DNA from: Flaccisagitta enflata
Lineage: Eukaryota
DNA length: 64,000 nt
Assembly: GCA_965153355.1 (NCBI GenBank)
Contig: OZ231126.1
Span: forward strand, 37,572,001-37,636,000
Reading direction: 5' to 3'
Position numbers and translations under genes: made by a program. How positions within the stretch are numbered: the stretch's first letter is position 1; each line of letters opens with the position of its first letter. The notes beneath the pieces are model-generated. The model was given only the letters and a program-made list of their open reading frames with translations. It was not told the DNA's origin and searched no databases. Below are positions 59,927-64,000 of this stretch, piece by piece.

Positions 59927-61665
59927 TCCGATTTTGATGTGGATATTCACGATCGACGAAACAGAATCGTCTTGCTTCAATTCCGGAATGCTAATTGAAT
60001 GCATAAAAAAAGAGCGAGTAATGAATAATTATAATGGGCGAAAGATTCTAATCTAACGATCGAAAAAGAAACAAGTCTAACCGGCTTTCCATGTAGACAA
60101 AACTCTAAAAGAATGGAAGAGAAGCGATGTTTTTGACCGCTGAAATGAATTAATCGAGAAGAAAAATTTAAGGCGTTGTATGAAATTCATTTTGCGCTTT
60201 GAACTCTCCAGTTTCAGATTTCAGTTTTCTCCAATTTTGAATCGTCGCATTAATGATTTACAAACATCTTTAGGTGCGACAAAGCACCTCTATAACTGGC
60301 TGTGTCCGTCAATTGGTTGGTCTGTGGGGTAACGCATTCGTTCGACGATCCTCACGTCGCACCTTATTGGCCTACTTGGCCTTGTTTTACAGAAATCAAG
60401 ATTCGGAACATGGAATTTTATGGCACATTTGCGCTCGAATTCGTCTGAAATGTCTGGATTAAAAGCGATGTTAGGCCGCTTTGTTGCTCACTCACTTTTC
60501 ATTATTCCAACTCTTGAGCTTTAGGAACTAATCAAAATTATAGACCGTTAGGCTAACGTGTTATTAGAAAGGGATTTATATTAAATCCATTTCTCGGTGT
60601 CGCGATTAAATCTTCATTCATTAGTAGTCCTAACTTAGGTCACAGGGAAAGATCGACCACAAAAAATAGTTGCGGTCGCGCAACTCTATAAGAGGCTTGG
60701 TCCGTCCGTCCGTCCGTCCGTCCGTCCGTCCGTCCGTCCGTCCGTCCGTCCGTCCGTAAGTCAGTCTGTTCGATGTTCGTTGGTCAATCGGTTCGTCAGC
60801 ATGAGTCGAAAAGTGGGAAAACGAGCGTTTTTGGATACATTTTGCGTGTTTGAGTGTGTGTGGGCGGTTGAGGTGTGGATGGGGGTTGGCCGCCCCTGCC
60901 CACCCATCCTCAATGATATTGTGACCCCGCATCAATTTTTAGTAGTGGACACGCAAATCTGGTCTTTGTCCATCCATCTGTTGATCCGTCCGTCCGTCCG
61001 TCAATCAGCACTAGTCGAGAAGTGGGAAAACGAGCGTTTTAGATGCTTGTGTGTGGTAGGGGGCGTGGGGTGTGAATTTGGGTTTGGATGATTCTTCCCA
61101 CCCGTCCGCAACGATATCTTGAGCTCGTGTCACTTGTTTTCAAACCCCAAAGCCCAATATTTGTTATGTCTTTCCTCTCTCTGCTGTCGTTCTTGTCCTC
61201 TGCCATTTCTGTCTTGTGTTGACTCGTACCCTCCAATGCCAATGACAATGTTGACAAAGACATTTACATTGATCACAACAATTGATTCAGATGCATGCAA
61301 ATAAATAGCCACTTAATTAACTGGAGGACTGCAAATAATCTCTCGCTGATCTGTCGCCCTTGGTCTTACAACAACAGGTTCAGTATTGACGAGTTATTGA
61401 AAAAACCCATGGTAGATTGTAGCCTTGGTGTATTGATGGTCTGCCATTTCTTTCATGGGTCCTCACGACTCCATACTAGGGCTTTGTTGATGGGCCATTC
61501 TCCGTCTGCTTCGGTTCGCTCTTTGGGCATGCTGTATTTTTCTGTAAAAGATTGCCCTATAAAACCCCCTCTTTGCATATGTCATGTGAATTCTGATAAT
61601 AAATACATGATGTTTTCTTCTTCTAAAAACCTGAAGGATTAACATAAAGAAAAAGAAGCTAAAAG

Positions 61666-63451
61666 ATGGAGACGAACGTTTACGAGACGGCGGTTCAGCC
61701 GAAGAAACAGGCGACGCCGGAAAAAGTGGCGAAATGCGTGTTGATCCTCATCGTGCTCATCGGGTTCCTCCTGACAGTCATCATGCTCATCTACGTCATG
61801 GCCAGAGTCGATGAAATCGATGGAGTAAGTCTTAAAGAACGATTTGAATTCTCAGTGAAAACTACCATTAATAATAGTTTTGGCAATGCCCTTTGTGAGA
61901 GGTCATGCTCTTCTCGGGTACACAGACAGAATTACAGATGAGATGGACTTAGGGACGCACCTACTGACATGGCATAACAGTCTGTTGTACAAGATAAAAA
62001 CCAAACCACTCATTTGCTTGTTATCGTTAGCGGATGTTTGCTTGTCCGTTAAAATGCAATCATCTTTTTCTCGTGTGACAAATTAAATTTACACTTGTTG
62101 AAATTCTTTTCAACAGAGAATCGGTGGACTTCACGGGGACACCGATAGAAACTCGGAACAAACCCACTTGACTAATTTGATAAGAGAAATGGAAAACTTT
62201 CGCATAGAAATGGATAAGCGGTTTGATACGATGAACCAAAAAATAGACGCTCAGACCACTTTGATAAATGAAAAAGTCGACGCTCAGACCATCTTGATAG
62301 ATACAAAAGTAGGAGAAAAAGTAGACGCTCAGACCACTTTGATATATGAAAAAGTCGACGCTCAGTCCATCTTGATAGATACAAAAGTAGGGGAAAAAGT
62401 AGACGCTCAGACCATCTTGATAGAGACGAAAGTAGGTGAAAAAGTAGACGCTCAGACCACTCTGATAAATAACAAGGTAGACGCTCAGACCGCCAATATA
62501 ACCACCGTAGTAACTGAAGTAGGTTCCAAGGTAGACGCAGCTGACAATAAAATTATGACATTGAGCGGTTCGGTTGATACGAAAACCAAGGCGATTGATA
62601 GTGCCATAGTCACTTTGAGTGAGTTAGTTGTCAACGAAACGAACTCTATCGATGCGGCCGTGTCTAACTTAGATGTGTTAGTGCGCACAGAAACGAAAGC
62701 TATCGATGGCGAGTTGACCAAACTCAGTAACAAGGTAGACAAGGAAACGGAGGATATTGACTCCGACATTGATGAGATAAGACAAATGGTGGAAATGGAA
62801 ACGAAACACTTGGATGAAGCAGTGGCCAACTTGACTGAAAAGGTAAAGAAAGAAGTGGAAGCTAAGGGAATAGTTGACTCCATCACTGCTCTGGGCCAGA
62901 AGATTGAGGGACATATCACGGCACTCGATCAAGACTTGACTGACATGAACGCGGCGATTGTAAACGAAACCGGCGAAATTGACGCACAAACGAAGAAAAT
63001 CGAGAAAGACATGCAAGCCGCGATGTTTGCGATCAATGGGGCAATCAACACACAGACGGACCAAATCGATGAGGCCATAGAAAATGTGGGCAACAAGTTG
63101 GGGAATGAAACACTTGAAATCGATGCAGCTATTACCAATCTGGGCGGGAAAATTGATGGACATTTCAAAGCGCTCGATCAACACTTGACTGACATGAACG
63201 CGACGATTGTTGAGGAAACTGGAAAAATTAAAGGGGACATAGGCCAGCATGAAGGAGAAAGAGAAAATGACAAAGAAGAAATCATTGGCCGTGTAAGTGG
63301 CGATAACAGCAGGATATCCGGAGAAATTAGAAGTTACGTATTTGACAGGAAGAAAGAATTGGAAGCTCAGGTGCAAAACGAAACTAAGGAAATTGATGAC
63401 AAATTAGCCGAGTTTGACACCAAATTATCGAAAGTCCCCGGAATAGGTTAA
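61666..63451 (+). CDS. Type II single-pass membrane protein with long coiled-coil stalk; exons 61666-61824 and 62117-63446 (or to stop at 63451)
   Basis: Short N-tail, TM segment CVLILIVLIGFLLTVIMLIYVM, phase-0 intron (GGA|GTAAGT ... ttcaacag|AGA), then ~440 aa amphipathic repeats (EKVDAQTTLIN / EKVDAQTILIDTKVG) with several N-x-T sequons. It ends at ATA G|GTTAAG, a plausible phase-1 donor, so a further domain may lie outside the window. Confidence 0.75.
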
Positions 63452-63482
63452 GATTAGGAGAGGGAAATTCAAAAGGGGGCCC

Positions 63483-64000
63483 TTTTGGGCAGCGGCCCCG
63501 AAGGGACCGATGTCTTATGCTTTCACACTGAGGGGAAATTTCTCCTTCTTTTGGGCAGCGGTCCCGACGGGGTCGATGACCTATGCTTTTGGGCAGCGGC
63601 CCCGAAGGGGTCGAGGACCTATGCTTTCACACATAAGGGAAATTTCAACTCCTCCTCTTTCTCCTCCTTCTCCTTCTCCTTCGTACCCCCCTCAAATCCC
63701 AGCCTCGAGGTCCAAATCCCAGCCTCGAGGACTAATTCCCAGCCTTGAGGCCCAAATCCCAGCCCCCAGGACCAAATCCCAACCTTGAGGTTCAAAACCT
63801 AACCTGGAGGCCCAGATCCCAGCTTTGAGGCCTTGAGGCTGGGATTTGGTCCTCGAGGCTGGGATTTGGGCCTCAAGCCTGGGATTTGGCCCTTGAGGTT
63901 GGGATTTGGGCCTCAAGGCTGGGATTTGAGGGGGGACGGAGGAGAAGGAGGAGGAGGAGGAGAAATATCCCCTATCTGTGAAAGCATAGGTCATCGACTC
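63483..64000. mobile_element. Related HINE-like element with triplicated terminus and 20-bp inverted repeat core (runs off the window)
   Basis: TTTTGGGCAGCGG[C/T]CCCGA motif three times (~63483, 63548, 63587); unit CAAATCCCAGCCTCGAGG.. then its reverse complement. Confidence 0.65.

Noticed and set aside
61130-61645. Possible degenerate coding fragment upstream of the membrane protein
   Set aside because: Short ORFs with stops and no identifiable motif.
62485-63376. Antisense ORFs over the coiled-coil gene (likewise over gag and peptidase exon 1)
   Set aside because: Shadow frames of real coding sequence.

Overview
Repeat-rich, AT-rich eukaryotic (metazoan, probably invertebrate) genomic DNA; no prokaryotic features, rRNA, tRNA or CRISPR seen. 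Splicing by hand with intron-phase checks gives six intron-containing genes: (1) the 3' part of a divergent class-A GPCR-like gene with a ~575-aa C-terminal tail (+, 1-8091); (2) an OSER1 homolog (-, 9883-11411); (3) a short Maf bZIP gene (-, 12177-14729); (4) a large M1 zinc aminopeptidase with TRHDE-like signature residues and an unusual ~500-aa N-terminal extension (-, ~19771-38675, 3' end unresolved); (5) an unknown low-complexity protein (-, ~43722-48921, 5' end unresolved); (6) a type II membrane coiled-coil protein (+, 61666-63451, probably continuing beyond the window). The most striking mobile element is a young BEL/Pao-type LTR element (52094-58505). It has apparently identical LTRs and a CAAAG target-site duplication, encodes only a 906-aa poly-Q Gag (no pol), and carries a hydrophobic 142-codon ORF inside each LTR. 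Introns contain many TA-flanked palindromic MITEs (some nested), Helentron/HINE-like elements, a 318-bp tandem array and long microsatellites. All gene models and family assignments come from reading the sequence and recalled motifs; no database search was run.
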